A DNA stretch of 64,000 nt from an uncultured Thermodesulfobacteriota bacterium (lineage in GTDB: Bacteria > Desulfobacterota > JBBIRW01), in assembly GCA_964505185.1 (NCBI GenBank), contig CAZDGM010000004.1, positions 2,054 through 66,053 on the forward strand. The letters are read 5' to 3'. Made by a program: the position numbers and the translations under genes. This document shows positions 1 to 9,734 of the stretch, in pieces (the stretch's first letter is position 1; each line of letters begins with the position of its first letter). Under the pieces are notes generated by a model. It did no database searches, had not been told where the DNA came from, and worked only from the letters and a program-made list of their open reading frames with translations.

Positions 1-141
1 CGTCTTTATTTTACCTCCCAGGATGCGGCTGATGTTCTTGGAATAAAACCTACCTCTGCATTGGTTCTCTGTGCAAGATATGTTGAAAGGGGACTATTTA
101 TCAGGCTTAAGAAAGACCTTTATGTCCTAAAGGAAAGGTAA
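1..141 (+). CDS. 3' end of a CDS that starts upstream of the window; the C-terminus is a winged-HTH resembling AbiEi-antitoxin-type domains
   Basis: Frame 1 is open from base 1 to TAA at 139-141. Translation is RLYFTSQDAADVLGIKPTSALVLCARYVERGLFIRLKKDLYVLKER. The pattern f-t..daa..lgi...a...l.r.v.rG.l.rl.kg.Y.l is typical of AbiEi-type wHTH domains. Confidence 0.35.
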   Translation, partial: RLYFTSQDAADVLGIKPTSALVLCARYVERGLFIRLKKDLYVLKER

Positions 142-307
142 CCACACAGGTTCAAAGGGGTAAAATGAAAGTGTTTTTAAGGAAATATGCAATAAGAACT
201 GAAGAGTATACAAAAGAAAGAAAGTTTGAAGAGGCTGTGAATAAGCCTATCTTCTGGCTCTTTATTATTGATCCAAAAGTTGCTAAAAGATATATTTGTT
301 AGCCTGT

Positions 308-380
308 GGGGCTGTAGCTCAGTTGGGAGAGCGCAAGGCTGGCAGTCTTGAGGTCAGGGGTTCGATCCCCCTCAGCTCCA
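308..380 (+). tRNA. tRNA-Ala (anticodon GGC)
   Basis: GGGGCTGTAGCTCAGTTGGGAGAGCGCAAGGCTGGCAGTCTTGAGGTCAGGGGTTCGATCCCCCTCAGCTCCA folds as a cloverleaf: acceptor stem 7 bp with a G3:U70 pair (the Ala identity element), D-arm GCTCAGTTGGGAGAGC, anticodon loop CTGGCAG (anticodon GGC), T-arm GGGGTTCGATCCCC. There is no encoded CCA. Confidence 0.9.
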
Positions 381-446
381 TCAGATATATTTTACCCTCC
401 CCGATAAATTAGCGACGTCCCCACATATATTTTAGAAAAAAACATC

Positions 447-1226
447 CTACCCAGAACGCCCTATCTTCTTGCGAATCTTCTTATTTACCCTCTCGATCGC
501 CTTCCACACCTCCCTTACTTCTTCTGCCATCTGCCACTCATCAGGGTGTGTTGAGTGCTCCTCCGCCTCCTCATTTAGCCTGTAAAACCATACAATACAT
601 CCCCGATACTGCTCATTATCACCATTCCACCTCAAAACAGCACCTGGAAATATGCCTGCAATCTTCCATCCACCCTTTATGCACCACTTCTGGGTAATAG
701 CATGCCAGGTTTCACAGAAGGTGGTGAAATACTCAGCACCGGATTGATTTGCAATCTGTCTGACAACCCTTCGCAAGGGTATTGTAATGCGCTGCCTTCT
801 GTATTCGGGAAGGGTTGCTATTAAGGAATACTCAACCTCAAGATTTGCCTCCCTCTTTGTAAGCACAGCTGCAGAAACAACCTTTTCTGTGGAAAGTTCC
901 ACAAGAACTGGCATGCAGATCGGCTTGTGAGTGGAGTCATATTCCCAGGTTTCTTCAAGCGCAACAAATTTTTCATACATTTCTGGATCGAAAAGAAATT
1001 CATGCAGTGATCCGTAAAGTTCTGGATAGCCCTTTCTCCACAGTTCCGCTGACGAGGGCAAAAGCCTCCTGCTCAAGACCTTTACCTGAAATCCATTAAA
1101 AGGTTCACCCTCAACCCTGGGCCATACAATCCTTTTCTCCCTGATTACGGGACGTGTTTTAGCAGCCATCTTCCTGTAAGGGATGCATCCTTCCATTGAA
1201 ATCGGGGCCATTGAACAAGCCTCCAT
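447..1226 (-). CDS. hypothetical protein (259 aa)
   Basis: Long minus-strand ORF immediately downstream of the tRNA. I recognise no motif, and the start codon is uncertain (several in-frame Met). Confidence 0.5.
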   Translation of the reverse strand: MEACSMAPISMEGCIPYRKMAAKTRPVIREKRIVWPRVEGEPFNGFQVKVLSRRLLPSSAELWRKGYPELYGSLHEFLFDPEMYEKFVALEETWEYDSTHKPICMPVLVELSTEKVVSAAVLTKREANLEVEYSLIATLPEYRRQRITIPLRRVVRQIANQSGAEYFTTFCETWHAITQKWCIKGGWKIAGIFPGAVLRWNGDNEQYRGCIVWFYRLNEEAEEHSTHPDEWQMAEEVREVWKAIERVNKKIRKKIGRSG

Positions 1227-1249
1227 TAAAAATGCACATTATCCCCTTT

Positions 1250-1621
1250 TTATAAAAGCTGCTTTTTCAGCCATTCGTCAAATTCAGGAAAGAGATTTTT
1301 GAACTGAACCTCAAACCAGTGCCTCTTTTTTATACTCCATTTTTGCCAGTTTTCCTTCAAAAACTTAACTATCGGCTCAATGACATCAGTTAGCTCATCT
1401 TCCTCATTCTTAAATAATGGACCATTTCCTGTAAGAAGCCATTCCTCCCTGACATTTAGCTTCTCACATACCCTCCTCAAAAAACTTAAGGATGGCTCCC
1501 TTCCGTTTAAATAATAGTAGAGGGTGGAGGGTGGTATGTCAAGCAACGCTGCAAACTCCTTAAGGGATCTCTCCCCTTTCAGGATAATTAGTCTTTCCTT
1601 GAGGGTGGATGGCATGTTCAA
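1250..1621 (-). CDS. phage CI-repressor-like HTH DNA-binding protein
   Basis: N-terminus LKERLIILKGERSLKEFAALLDIPPSTLYYYLNGREPSLSFLRRVCEKLNVREEWLLTGNGP matches the bacteriophage CI repressor N-terminal HTH fold, including the characteristic W-L-L-tG-G ending. Confidence 0.55.
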   Translation of the reverse strand: MNMPSTLKERLIILKGERSLKEFAALLDIPPSTLYYYLNGREPSLSFLRRVCEKLNVREEWLLTGNGPLFKNEEDELTDVIEPIVKFLKENWQKWSIKKRHWFEVQFKNLFPEFDEWLKKQLL

Positions 1622-1671
1622 AGTATATCATAGGAATGTAAGGTCAACTAAGATCAGTCGCTGATAAAGAT

Positions 1672-3306
1672 ATGACCATGCAACCCATGGTACTTGATTC
1701 CATATTCATCCTTGCGATAATATTTCACAATAATGAAAAAAATCCTCTATTCCATGCCTTCAGTGTTTCTCCTTATCAATGCGATAAGCCTTCTCCTCCT
1801 TTTCATAAATATGAGAAAATTTACGGCGAAATGAACTATTTTTTAATAGTAAACAAAAGCCTTATGATAAGGGGTGAGCTTTACAGTAGTGTAAATTCAC
1901 TCATGAGGAGTCTCAAAAGAAGGGATATTAAAAGGCCAGAGATCCTCAGCAAAATAGCTGAGATAAGCAACATCCTTTCTCGCTGTTATGAATGCCATCA
2001 CAGGGAGGAAATCCTTTCGACAATCTCGTCTGTAAAGGGGTCGGTGGAGAAGATTCTTAAAATGGATGGACTCTCCGAACTTCCCGAAATCGCAGCATCC
2101 CTTCATGCCTTTTCATCCTACGCATTCTCAAAGGCGCAACTACTTTCCTATGGCACCTATTCAAGAATCGTTTCAACAATCGAGCTAATAAAGTATAATG
2201 TATTAATAATTATTGGATCAAGCATTCTCCTTATAGGTCTTTTCACATCATATTCCATTAAAAAGATAAATAGCCTCGAGAAGGACATAAAGCAAAAGGA
2301 AAAACTGATAACAGACTGGGCAGATAACTGGCAGAATACTTTTGACACTATGGAGGATATGATAGTAATAACAGATTTAACCTGCAAACCAGTCCAGTTC
2401 AATTCATCTGCCTCACGCTTTTTTGGTGAGTCCATTTTAAGAGAGGATTTCTGCTCGCTCATTGGGATTGAAAAATGCGCGGAAAGCTCACAGATGCTCA
2501 AATTAAAAGGTAGATACCTTAATCTCAAAATCTTCAGATTCCGGGATAAAGAGAACAGATGCATACTGGTGTTCAGGGACTTAACCAAAGAAAAAGAGCT
2601 GGAAGATAGGCTCAGGATCTCAGAAAAACTCTCAGCAATAGGCACGATGGCCGGTGCCATTGCCCATGAGATAAATAATCCACTGACTGCAGTTGTTGGA
2701 TATATAGCACTCCTTCTTAACATGGAGAATGATGAATTAAAAAAGGAGCATCTCAGAGAAGCCATGGATAGTGCAAAGAGGATAGAAAAGATCGTAAAGG
2801 ATATCCTTGCCTTTGCAAGAACATCCGAGATAAAGCAAGAAACTGTTAATTTTGAGAATCTTATTGATAATATCCTTAAAAGCCCTTCCCTTAAGTGTTC
2901 AAAGAGGGTGAGGATCATAAAGAAACTGGGTGGTGTGGGAAATATAACCCTTGACATGAGACTTATTGAATCCGTCGTTACAAACATCATTAATAATGCT
3001 ATTGAGGCAATAGAAGGCTCAAACAAAGGGGATACAATCGAGATAAGGACCTGGAGGGAGAATACTTTTATAAATATCTCCATATCTGACAATGGTCCGG
3101 GAATACCCTCAGATATCCTTCCCAGGATATTTGATCCATTCTTCACAACAAAGGAGGTAGGTAAGGGAACAGGTCTGGGATTAAGTATTGCGCATAATAT
3201 GGTCCGCGCTCATGATGGTGAGATTACTGTGAAATCAAAGGAGGGAGAAGGGACCACATTTATAATCAGCATCAAGGAGAGGAGGAAGGATGTAGAACAT
3301 CCTTGA
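1672..3306 (+). CDS. sensor histidine kinase, orphan (TM anchor, PAS-like region, HisKA, HATPase_c)
   Basis: H-box [11 protein letters not shown]; N box NNAIEA; D/G boxes [26 protein letters not shown]; one predicted TM helix near residues 175-195. The true start may be downstream of 1672. Confidence 0.85.
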   Translation: MTMQPMVLDSIFILAIIFHNNEKNPLFHAFSVSPYQCDKPSPPFHKYEKIYGEMNYFLIVNKSLMIRGELYSSVNSLMRSLKRRDIKRPEILSKIAEISNILSRCYECHHREEILSTISSVKGSVEKILKMDGLSELPEIAASLHAFSSYAFSKAQLLSYGTYSRIVSTIELIKYNVLIIIGSSILLIGLFTSYSIKKINSLEKDIKQKEKLITDWADNWQNTFDTMEDMIVITDLTCKPVQFNSSASRFFGESILREDFCSLIGIEKCAESSQMLKLKGRYLNLKIFRFRDKENRCILVFRDLTKEKELEDRLRISEKLSAIGTMAGAIAHEINNPLTAVVGYIALLLNMENDELKKEHLREAMDSAKRIEKIVKDILAFARTSEIKQETVNFENLIDNILKSPSLKCSKRVRIIKKLGGVGNITLDMRLIESVVTNIINNAIEAIEGSNKGDTIEIRTWRENTFINISISDNGPGIPSDILPRIFDPFFTTKEVGKGTGLGLSIAHNMVRAHDGEITVKSKEGEGTTFIISIKERRKDVEHP

Positions 3307-3385
3307 ATATTTCAACTACAGAGTGTAGAATGTAAAAACATCATCGTGAAGGGAACGCAATCTTTACAAAAAGGAGCTTATATCA

Positions 3386-3556
3386 ATGACAAGATGTGAT
3401 GAGTGCGGAAAGGACATACCAGATAGCCATGATGCCATATGGATCGATGACTGCAGAGGAGAAACATGGTTTGTAATCTGTAAGGAATGCTACCAGAGGA
3501 TTAACGAATGGCTGAATTGGATATGGAGGTCAGGAAAGCGATTAGAGCCCCTTTAA
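3386..3556 (+). CDS. small zinc-ribbon protein (56 aa), not in the ORF track
   Basis: ATG at 3386 is preceded by AAGGAG at 3371-3376. Translation is MTRCDECGKDIPDSHDAIWIDDCRGETWFVICKECYQRINEWLNWIWRSGKRLEPL*, with CxxC...CxxC spacing. Confidence 0.45.
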   Translation: MTRCDECGKDIPDSHDAIWIDDCRGETWFVICKECYQRINEWLNWIWRSGKRLEPL

Positions 3557-3693
3557 GGTCTCCACGTCGCTGAAGTCTGTAAATTCGCTGAATAAAAACC
3601 ATAAGCTGCAGCTATAATGGGCGGGAAAGCATAAAATAGTGATCTATCTATTAAACAATCAAAAGGAGTAAACAGGCAGGAGTTCCAAAGGAG

Positions 3694-3978
3694 ATGGGAA
3701 GTAGAAATATGTCATCTCCCACGAAAAGGATCACATACACAGAGGTATCCAAAAATCTTCTCAAACACCTTGCAAAAGGTGAAGAGGTGGTATACAGGAA
3801 TCTCACATTGAGAAAAGAGGGCGATAAGCTCAGGGTAAAGGGGAAGCTGGAAAGTGGAGAGTATCTCGAATATGTTTATAAGCTCGAGAAAGGTGACATG
3901 TGGGGACTTTCGAGACCACAGATAAAAAGGATCCTCTCATTTGAGGAATCACCCCTGTTCAAAACAATTATAAGATAA
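3694..3978 (+). CDS. hypothetical protein (94 aa)
   Basis: ORF with an upstream AAAGGAG-like RBS and no recognisable motif. Confidence 0.4.
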   Translation: MGSRNMSSPTKRITYTEVSKNLLKHLAKGEEVVYRNLTLRKEGDKLRVKGKLESGEYLEYVYKLEKGDMWGLSRPQIKRILSFEESPLFKTIIR

Positions 3979-4023
3979 AAGACAAAGGCATATAATTCAC
4001 GGGAAGAAGATTTTTAAAATAAA

Positions 4024-4497
4024 TCAACCAGGCCTGGAAATATCAGCAAAATGTGGATTAACAATCTTTATATATTCATCGGTCTTCATTTTTACTGCCT
4101 GGAAATGGCTTCCACCCCGAAAGTATATCTCATACTGAGTGCGAAGGGAGCTATCCATCAGAACATCAATCCCGTATAGATTGCCAAATGGTGGCATGGC
4201 ACCGGGTTCACAATCAGGGAAAAGTATCCTGAATTCATCTTCTGTTGCAATTCGAACGTTTCCATAAATCGCCTTCACCTTTTCCAGATCAACCTTACAG
4301 GGTGCAGGAACAACAGCCATAAGGAATCTGCCTTCCCTTTCAAGACTTTTCAGCATAACAACCTTTGCCAGATACCTTCCCTTAACATGTAAAAATGCAG
4401 CAAGTTCCTGGGCTGTATACAGTGGAGGATGATTAATAACACTGAACTCAACATTGCTTTCTTCGAAATACTTTTTCAACCTCGAAATGATGCTCAT
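4024..4497 (-). CDS. YbaK/ProX-type aminoacyl-tRNA deacylase domain protein
   Basis: HPP..T.EL...L......AKVVMLK...G...MAVVP....VDLEKV......V..A.....R....CEPGAMPPFG matches the YbaK/ProX trans-editing domain pattern. Confidence 0.7.
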   Translation of the reverse strand: MSIISRLKKYFEESNVEFSVINHPPLYTAQELAAFLHVKGRYLAKVVMLKSLEREGRFLMAVVPAPCKVDLEKVKAIYGNVRIATEDEFRILFPDCEPGAMPPFGNLYGIDVLMDSSLRTQYEIYFRGGSHFQAVKMKTDEYIKIVNPHFADISRPG

Positions 4498-4506
4498 TGA
4501 TGACCC

Positions 4507-4944
4507 CTATCTTCTGTATCTCCTGTAAGGCATCTTTTCAAGTGCAGCATCAAATTTCTCCCTCTGTTTCTCATCGAGAACCTTCTTGTACTCGATTGTC
4601 ATCTTAACCCTCATTTTCAAAAGCTCGGCATTTATACCTGCTATCTCATCAGCAAGCCTGTTTAACTCCGCTTCATCGGGTGATGCACCCTTGAGTTTTT
4701 CCATCAGTTCTCTGTGTTTCCCCCTCTTCTTTTCCATAATCTGCTTCATCTGCTCCATATACTGCTTTTCAATTGCCTCTATCTTCCCCCTCTGCTCGGA
4801 GGTTAAATTCAGCTCCTGTTTCACCTTCTTCCAGAAGGAGGCAATATCATCCCTCCTGTAGGCCTTCTTCCCGAAGGCGAATAGATCTCCACTCAGGAGA
4901 GAAATGGTCAACAGTAAAACGGAAAGGATCGTAAGTCTTTTCAT
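4507..4944 (-). CDS. periplasmic LTXXQ-motif protein (Spy/CpxP-like chaperone family)
   Basis: Signal peptide MKRLTILSVLLLTISLLSGDLFAF; LTSEQRGKIEAI motif; helical Lys/Glu-rich remainder. Confidence 0.6.
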   Translation of the reverse strand: MKRLTILSVLLLTISLLSGDLFAFGKKAYRRDDIASFWKKVKQELNLTSEQRGKIEAIEKQYMEQMKQIMEKKRGKHRELMEKLKGASPDEAELNRLADEIAGINAELLKMRVKMTIEYKKVLDEKQREKFDAALEKMPYRRYRR

Positions 4945-5038
4945 GCCTGCACCCCCTGTTTTATCTTTACTTTATTTCAAGAGGCATTTTAGACTAAAAT
5001 ATCATAACACAGCCTAAAAAAGAATAGAAAACTTACTG

Positions 5039-6187
5039 ATGAGGAATATGTTTTCAAAAAGGGCAGAGCAAATAACACCATTTATCGTTATGGAAATCCT
5101 TGAAAAGGCACAGGCCCTTGAGCGGATGGGTATTGATGTTGTCCATATGGAAATAGGCGAGCCGGATTTTCCGACTCCCGAGGTAGTTGTTAAGGCAGGT
5201 GTTGATTCACTCCTTTCCGGAAACACAAAATACACCCACAGCCTCGGGCTTTTTGAGCTGAGGCAGGAGATAGCCGGATATTACATGAGGAGATACGGTG
5301 TAAAGGTAGAACTGGACCATATACTCATCAGCTCCGGCACCTCACCCGCTATGGCAATGATATTTTCCGCAATAATCGATCCAGGAGATGAGATTATCAT
5401 ACCCGATCCATACTACCCCTGTTATCCAAATTTTGTTAGATTCTTTGGTGGAAAACCCATATTTGTCCAGCTTGATGAGGAGGATGGATTCAACATTGAC
5501 GTTAATAAGATAAAAAAGAAGATCACGAAAAGGACAAAGGCTTTAATAATAAACTCGCCTTCAAATCCTACAGGAAATGTCATTCCACCATCCATCCTAA
5601 AGGATATTGCATCACTGGAGATCCCTGTTATCTCTGACGAAATCTATCATGGCCTAAGCTATGAGAAACAGGAAAACACAATACTTGAATTCAGGGAAGA
5701 TGCAATAGTGATAAACGGTTTCTCCAAATCATATGCAATGACGGGATGGAGGCTTGGATTTGTTATTGCCCCCCGCGATTTCATAAGGGTGCTACAGAAG
5801 GTGCAACAGAATTTCCTCATATCACCAAACCCCTTTGTTCAGAAGGCGGGAATATCGGCTATCAGGGATGCAGAGTCCCAAAGGTCGATGATGAGGGAGT
5901 CTTTCAGAAAGAGGAGAGACCTGATTGTTGATGGTCTGAGGAAAATCGGATTTAAAATACCAACACTGCCTGGTGGAGCCTTCTATGTATTTGCAAGAAG
6001 TGATGCCTTTGCTCCTGATTCATATGAACTGTGCATAAATATACTGAATAATGCACATGTTGCTGTATCTCCTGGAAGGGATTTCAGTCAGAGAGGAAAG
6101 ATCTTCCTCAGGTTCTCCTATGCAACCTCAGAGGAAAGGATAATGGAAGGTTTAAAGAGACTTGAAAGATTTTTAAAGAGAGTTTAA
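5039..6187 (+). CDS. pyridoxal-phosphate-dependent aminotransferase, class I/II (aspartate aminotransferase-like)
   Basis: NGFSKSYAMTGWRLGF with the PLP-lysine; LINSPSNPTG; overall fold-type I architecture. Confidence 0.9.
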   Translation: MRNMFSKRAEQITPFIVMEILEKAQALERMGIDVVHMEIGEPDFPTPEVVVKAGVDSLLSGNTKYTHSLGLFELRQEIAGYYMRRYGVKVELDHILISSGTSPAMAMIFSAIIDPGDEIIIPDPYYPCYPNFVRFFGGKPIFVQLDEEDGFNIDVNKIKKKITKRTKALIINSPSNPTGNVIPPSILKDIASLEIPVISDEIYHGLSYEKQENTILEFREDAIVINGFSKSYAMTGWRLGFVIAPRDFIRVLQKVQQNFLISPNPFVQKAGISAIRDAESQRSMMRESFRKRRDLIVDGLRKIGFKIPTLPGGAFYVFARSDAFAPDSYELCINILNNAHVAVSPGRDFSQRGKIFLRFSYATSEERIMEGLKRLERFLKRV

Positions 6188-6203
6188 AAATAAGGAAACC
6201 AAT

Positions 6204-7139
6204 ATGCAGCATGCACATGAACCAAAAAATGCATTCCATCTGCGCACATCCTCAGATGATAAATACACATACCGTCCTCGTGAAAGAAAACGCCTTTTTC
6301 TTTCCATGATTATCACAGCAGTCATGATGGTTGTTGAATTTATTGGAGGTATAATTATAGGGAGCCTTGCCCTTGTCAGCGATGCAGGACATATGTTTAC
6401 ACATTTTCTTGCACTTTCAGTCTCCCTCGGGGCAATCCTCCTTGCTGGAAGAAGGAGCAGCAGCAAGCACAGCTATGGATTTTACAGGATTGAGGTTCTC
6501 GCAGCACTCTTTAACGGTTCAACCCTCCTCATCATAACCTTCTATATTTTTTATGAGGGGATCATAAGGATTATAAATCCAAGACCCATCCATGAATTCT
6601 CTATGATTGTAATAGCATTCCTTGGTCTTGTTGTAAATATCATCTCTGCCCTTTTGCTTAAAGGTGTAAGCACTGAAGATCTCAATGTGAGGAGTGCCTT
6701 TCTTCACATGGTCGCCGATACTGCCTCATCAGTTGCCATACTTGCTGGTGCAATAGCAATACATTACACAAAATTCCTTGTTATAGATCCGATTCTGAGT
6801 ATAATCATTGCGTTCGCTATTCTTGTGTGGGGATATGATCTCGTAAGGAATTCAGTGAACATACTGCTTGAAAGAGCCCCGGAACACATCAACATCGAAG
6901 AGCTTTCAATGGATATAAGGAGAAGTAATCCAGATATCAAACATATTCATGATATACATGTCTGGACAATCACATCAGGTATGTATGCGATGACTGCACA
7001 CATCATTATTGACGATAGATTGATTTCCGAAACAGATGCAATATCACAGAAGATAAGAGATCTGCTTAATACAAAATATGATATAAACCATGCAACCCTT
7101 CAGTTTGAAACAGACTCAAGATCATGTTTATCATGTTAA
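6204..7139 (+). CDS. cation diffusion facilitator family transporter (CzcD/ZitB-like)
   Basis: Six TM segments; SDAGHMFTHF and HMVADTASSVAIL metal-site motifs; C-terminal cytoplasmic domain. Confidence 0.9.
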   Translation: MQHAHEPKNAFHLRTSSDDKYTYRPRERKRLFLSMIITAVMMVVEFIGGIIIGSLALVSDAGHMFTHFLALSVSLGAILLAGRRSSSKHSYGFYRIEVLAALFNGSTLLIITFYIFYEGIIRIINPRPIHEFSMIVIAFLGLVVNIISALLLKGVSTEDLNVRSAFLHMVADTASSVAILAGAIAIHYTKFLVIDPILSIIIAFAILVWGYDLVRNSVNILLERAPEHINIEELSMDIRRSNPDIKHIHDIHVWTITSGMYAMTAHIIIDDRLISETDAISQKIRDLLNTKYDINHATLQFETDSRSCLSC

Positions 7140-8209
7140 ATCAAAGGAATTTCAGCTCCATTCCACAATCTGTAATCTGAACCGAATCTGGCAGAAAATC
7201 TGCCAGCAATAATAAACCCACAAAGTATACACTTATTTCCTGAAAGATTGTATCTTTTAATGGAAAACCAATCCCTTTCTATCAGTATTGAATTACACAA
7301 TGGACAGATAGTCTTTGTTTCATCATCGATATTTCCCATATAAACATAAAGAAGCCCCTTTTCCTTTCCTATTTTCTGTGCCCTCTTTAATGTTGAAAGC
7401 GGTGTTACATTCCCGCCTGATAGCCTAAACTGAGGGAAAAATCTTGTGACATGCCACGGTGTGTCCACTCCAAGCTCTTTTGAAATCCATGAAGCAATTT
7501 TACTTAACTCATCTTCTGAATCATTAAATCCCGGTATAATATTTGTTACACATTCAACATGCATTCCCCATTTAAATTTTGCAAGCTTTGTAGCCTGGAG
7601 TATGGATGCAAAGTCCCTTATCCCTCCAATTCTGTTATATGTCTCTTCGGAAAATCCCTTTATATCAACCCTGAAGCAGTCTATATATGGTCCTATCATA
7701 TCAAGGGCCTCTGGAGTTATATAGCCATTTGTCACAAGATGTGTAAGAAGACGCTGGCTCCTTGCTTCCCTTGCTGAATCAATAATGAACTCAAGCCATA
7801 CGGAAGGCTCATTGTATGTCCATGATATGCCAAGACAATGAAATCTTTTTGCATACCGGACAACTTCGGAAGGACTCATTAAAACACCTCCACTATCCGC
7901 ATGAGACATCGACCAGTTCTGGCATCCAGGGCATTTAAAATTGCATCCAAATGTCCCCATTGAGATCCATATGCTTCCCGGATAGAAGTGGAAAAGCGGC
8001 TTCTTCTCAATTGGTGATACCGCCATGGAGAGCATCCTTCCATAATTTATGGCATAAAGTGTTCCATCGACGTTCCTTCTACCCCTGCAGAATCCCTTTC
8101 CTCCTGAAGGAATGACACATCTCCTTGGACAGACACCACACTGGCAGCTACCATCTTCCCTTTTAGTGTATATAAGGCATTCGGGCGGGTAATCAGGATG
8201 GGTCCTCAA
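7136..8209 (-). CDS. AmmeMemoRadiSam-system-type radical SAM enzyme (PFL-activating-enzyme-like)
   Basis: N-terminal Cys cluster CQCGVCPRRCVIPSGGKGFCRGRR followed by IEKKPLFHFYPGS and the radical-SAM motif GCNFKCPGCQNW. This is the TIGR04337-like signature. Confidence 0.8.
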   Translation of the reverse strand: MRTHPDYPPECLIYTKREDGSCQCGVCPRRCVIPSGGKGFCRGRRNVDGTLYAINYGRMLSMAVSPIEKKPLFHFYPGSIWISMGTFGCNFKCPGCQNWSMSHADSGGVLMSPSEVVRYAKRFHCLGISWTYNEPSVWLEFIIDSAREARSQRLLTHLVTNGYITPEALDMIGPYIDCFRVDIKGFSEETYNRIGGIRDFASILQATKLAKFKWGMHVECVTNIIPGFNDSEDELSKIASWISKELGVDTPWHVTRFFPQFRLSGGNVTPLSTLKRAQKIGKEKGLLYVYMGNIDDETKTICPLCNSILIERDWFSIKRYNLSGNKCILCGFIIAGRFSARFGSDYRLWNGAEIPLI

Positions 8210-8744
8210 AAATCTCCCTCAAAATTGCTTCATATCCTGATGGAACCCTTTCCATATAGAAGTATATCTTCTTCATGTAGTAGATAGCCTCTGAATATTT
8301 CTCAAATCCTTCGGAAAGCTCCCTGAATATGAGGGACCGATCCTTCAACATCATCCTATCTATCTCGTATACATCCATATAGGAGCTCTTTCCAGAGGAT
8401 TTATAGAAATCCAGGAGGGATTTCCTTTGAACATACTCCCTGAATATACCGGTCATAAAGAGTGTATAGTCACCTATATGTTTTTTAATCCTTCTTTCAA
8501 ACTCCCTCCTGTTCCGCACCTCTTCACCCTCCATGAGTAAAAGTAGCATCTCTGTAACTGTCTCGATCCTCTCTTTGTTCAGATTCCTTATCCTGTACAG
8601 GTTATCAACCCTTGCAAAATCCGCAAGCATATCCGAGATATAATCGATAATTAATTCATCCCCGAGATTCAATGATTTAAATGCCCTGAGTGTATAGGTT
8701 TTGAAAAAGGGTTTGAGGTGATAACGGGATCGTTCCGCACTCAT
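8193..8744 (-). CDS. hypothetical protein (183 aa), translationally coupled to the radical-SAM gene downstream
   Basis: ORF overlaps the start of the 7136..8209 gene by 17 nt. It is not AMMECR1-like: no RGCIG motif. Confidence 0.45.
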   Translation of the reverse strand: MSAERSRYHLKPFFKTYTLRAFKSLNLGDELIIDYISDMLADFARVDNLYRIRNLNKERIETVTEMLLLLMEGEEVRNRREFERRIKKHIGDYTLFMTGIFREYVQRKSLLDFYKSSGKSSYMDVYEIDRMMLKDRSLIFRELSEGFEKYSEAIYYMKKIYFYMERVPSGYEAILREIFEDPS

Positions 8745-8828
8745 ATAACCCTACTTCTTGATGGAGATCGAAAATAGATTCCTCTTATAATTTACATCCG
8801 CTGAAAAAACATGACAAGGGGATGGAAA

Positions 8829-9734
8829 TTACAGAATCCGTGAGAGTTCCCCGACAAGAATCCCTTCCTTTTCCAGCTCCTCAGCACCCTCCAGCGTAAG
8901 TGCCCTTTTTACAATTTCAACCCCTTCTTTCTTATCTTCAGGAAGCATAAGGTTTATCCTCAGGTAGCAGGATGCATGACTCATAAGGAATGAATCAATG
9001 GTAAGCTCTTCAAGGAATATCAGCGTCTCCTCCATTATCTCCCTCCTCGATGCGGGGATGAACATCCCCCTTTCTGCCATCTCAGAAAGGGGTGCTCCAG
9101 GTGGGAACATCAAGTTGTGAAGTCTAACTTCATCAGGATTTATGCGATTAAGAAGATGTGCAGTGTTCATTGCATGATTCCTTGAGTGCTCCTTTCCACC
9201 GAGACCCATTATAACGGAATGTGAAATCCTGAACCCTGCATCTTTCAGTTTCATGCTTGCCCTGTATATATCCTCTGAATTTACCCCCTTCCTCATAAAG
9301 GCAAGCACTTCATCATCTCCACTTTCAAGTCCCATATAGATCTTCCCGAGACCTGCCCTCTTTAGCAACTCAAGTTCCTCGGGTTTCTTTAGCATTACAA
9401 ACCTTGCCCCACCATAGCAGCTAATCTCTTTTGCATGGGGGTATTCATTCTTTATAATTTCCAGAACATCCAAGAGATATCGTGTCTTCAGCGCAATTAC
9501 ATTTCCTGCGGCAAGGAACACCCTTTTTGCAACCGCAGGTTTTGCTGACCTCACATAATCCCTTATCTGTTGAAGGGGTATTATCGAGAATGATTCAAAC
9601 TTATAATCCCCGCAGAAAAGGCATCTATTATAGGGGCATCCCCATGCAACAGGGATAACAAAGGAATCCCTCTCAATGGGTGGTCGGCACAATGAGTGAA
9701 ATTCCTCCCCTCTATCACCTTTCCCTGTATACAT
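8829..9734 (-). CDS. radical SAM domain protein with non-canonical Cx4Cx2C cluster motif
   Basis: VAWGCPYNRCLFCGDY has Cys spacing C-x4-C-x2-C. YMGLESGDDEVL is a HemN/Elp3-like SAM-binding stretch, and the TIM-barrel length is appropriate. Confidence 0.65.
   Translation of the reverse strand: MYTGKGDRGEEFHSLCRPPIERDSFVIPVAWGCPYNRCLFCGDYKFESFSIIPLQQIRDYVRSAKPAVAKRVFLAAGNVIALKTRYLLDVLEIIKNEYPHAKEISCYGGARFVMLKKPEELELLKRAGLGKIYMGLESGDDEVLAFMRKGVNSEDIYRASMKLKDAGFRISHSVIMGLGGKEHSRNHAMNTAHLLNRINPDEVRLHNLMFPPGAPLSEMAERGMFIPASRREIMEETLIFLEELTIDSFLMSHASCYLRINLMLPEDKKEGVEIVKRALTLEGAEELEKEGILVGELSRIL

Noticed and set aside
2157-3146. 329-aa minus-strand ORF inside the histidine kinase gene
   Set aside because: Shadow ORF antisense to a CDS with clear HisKA/HATPase motifs. 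No RBS or motifs, and serine/leucine-rich composition typical of antisense frames.
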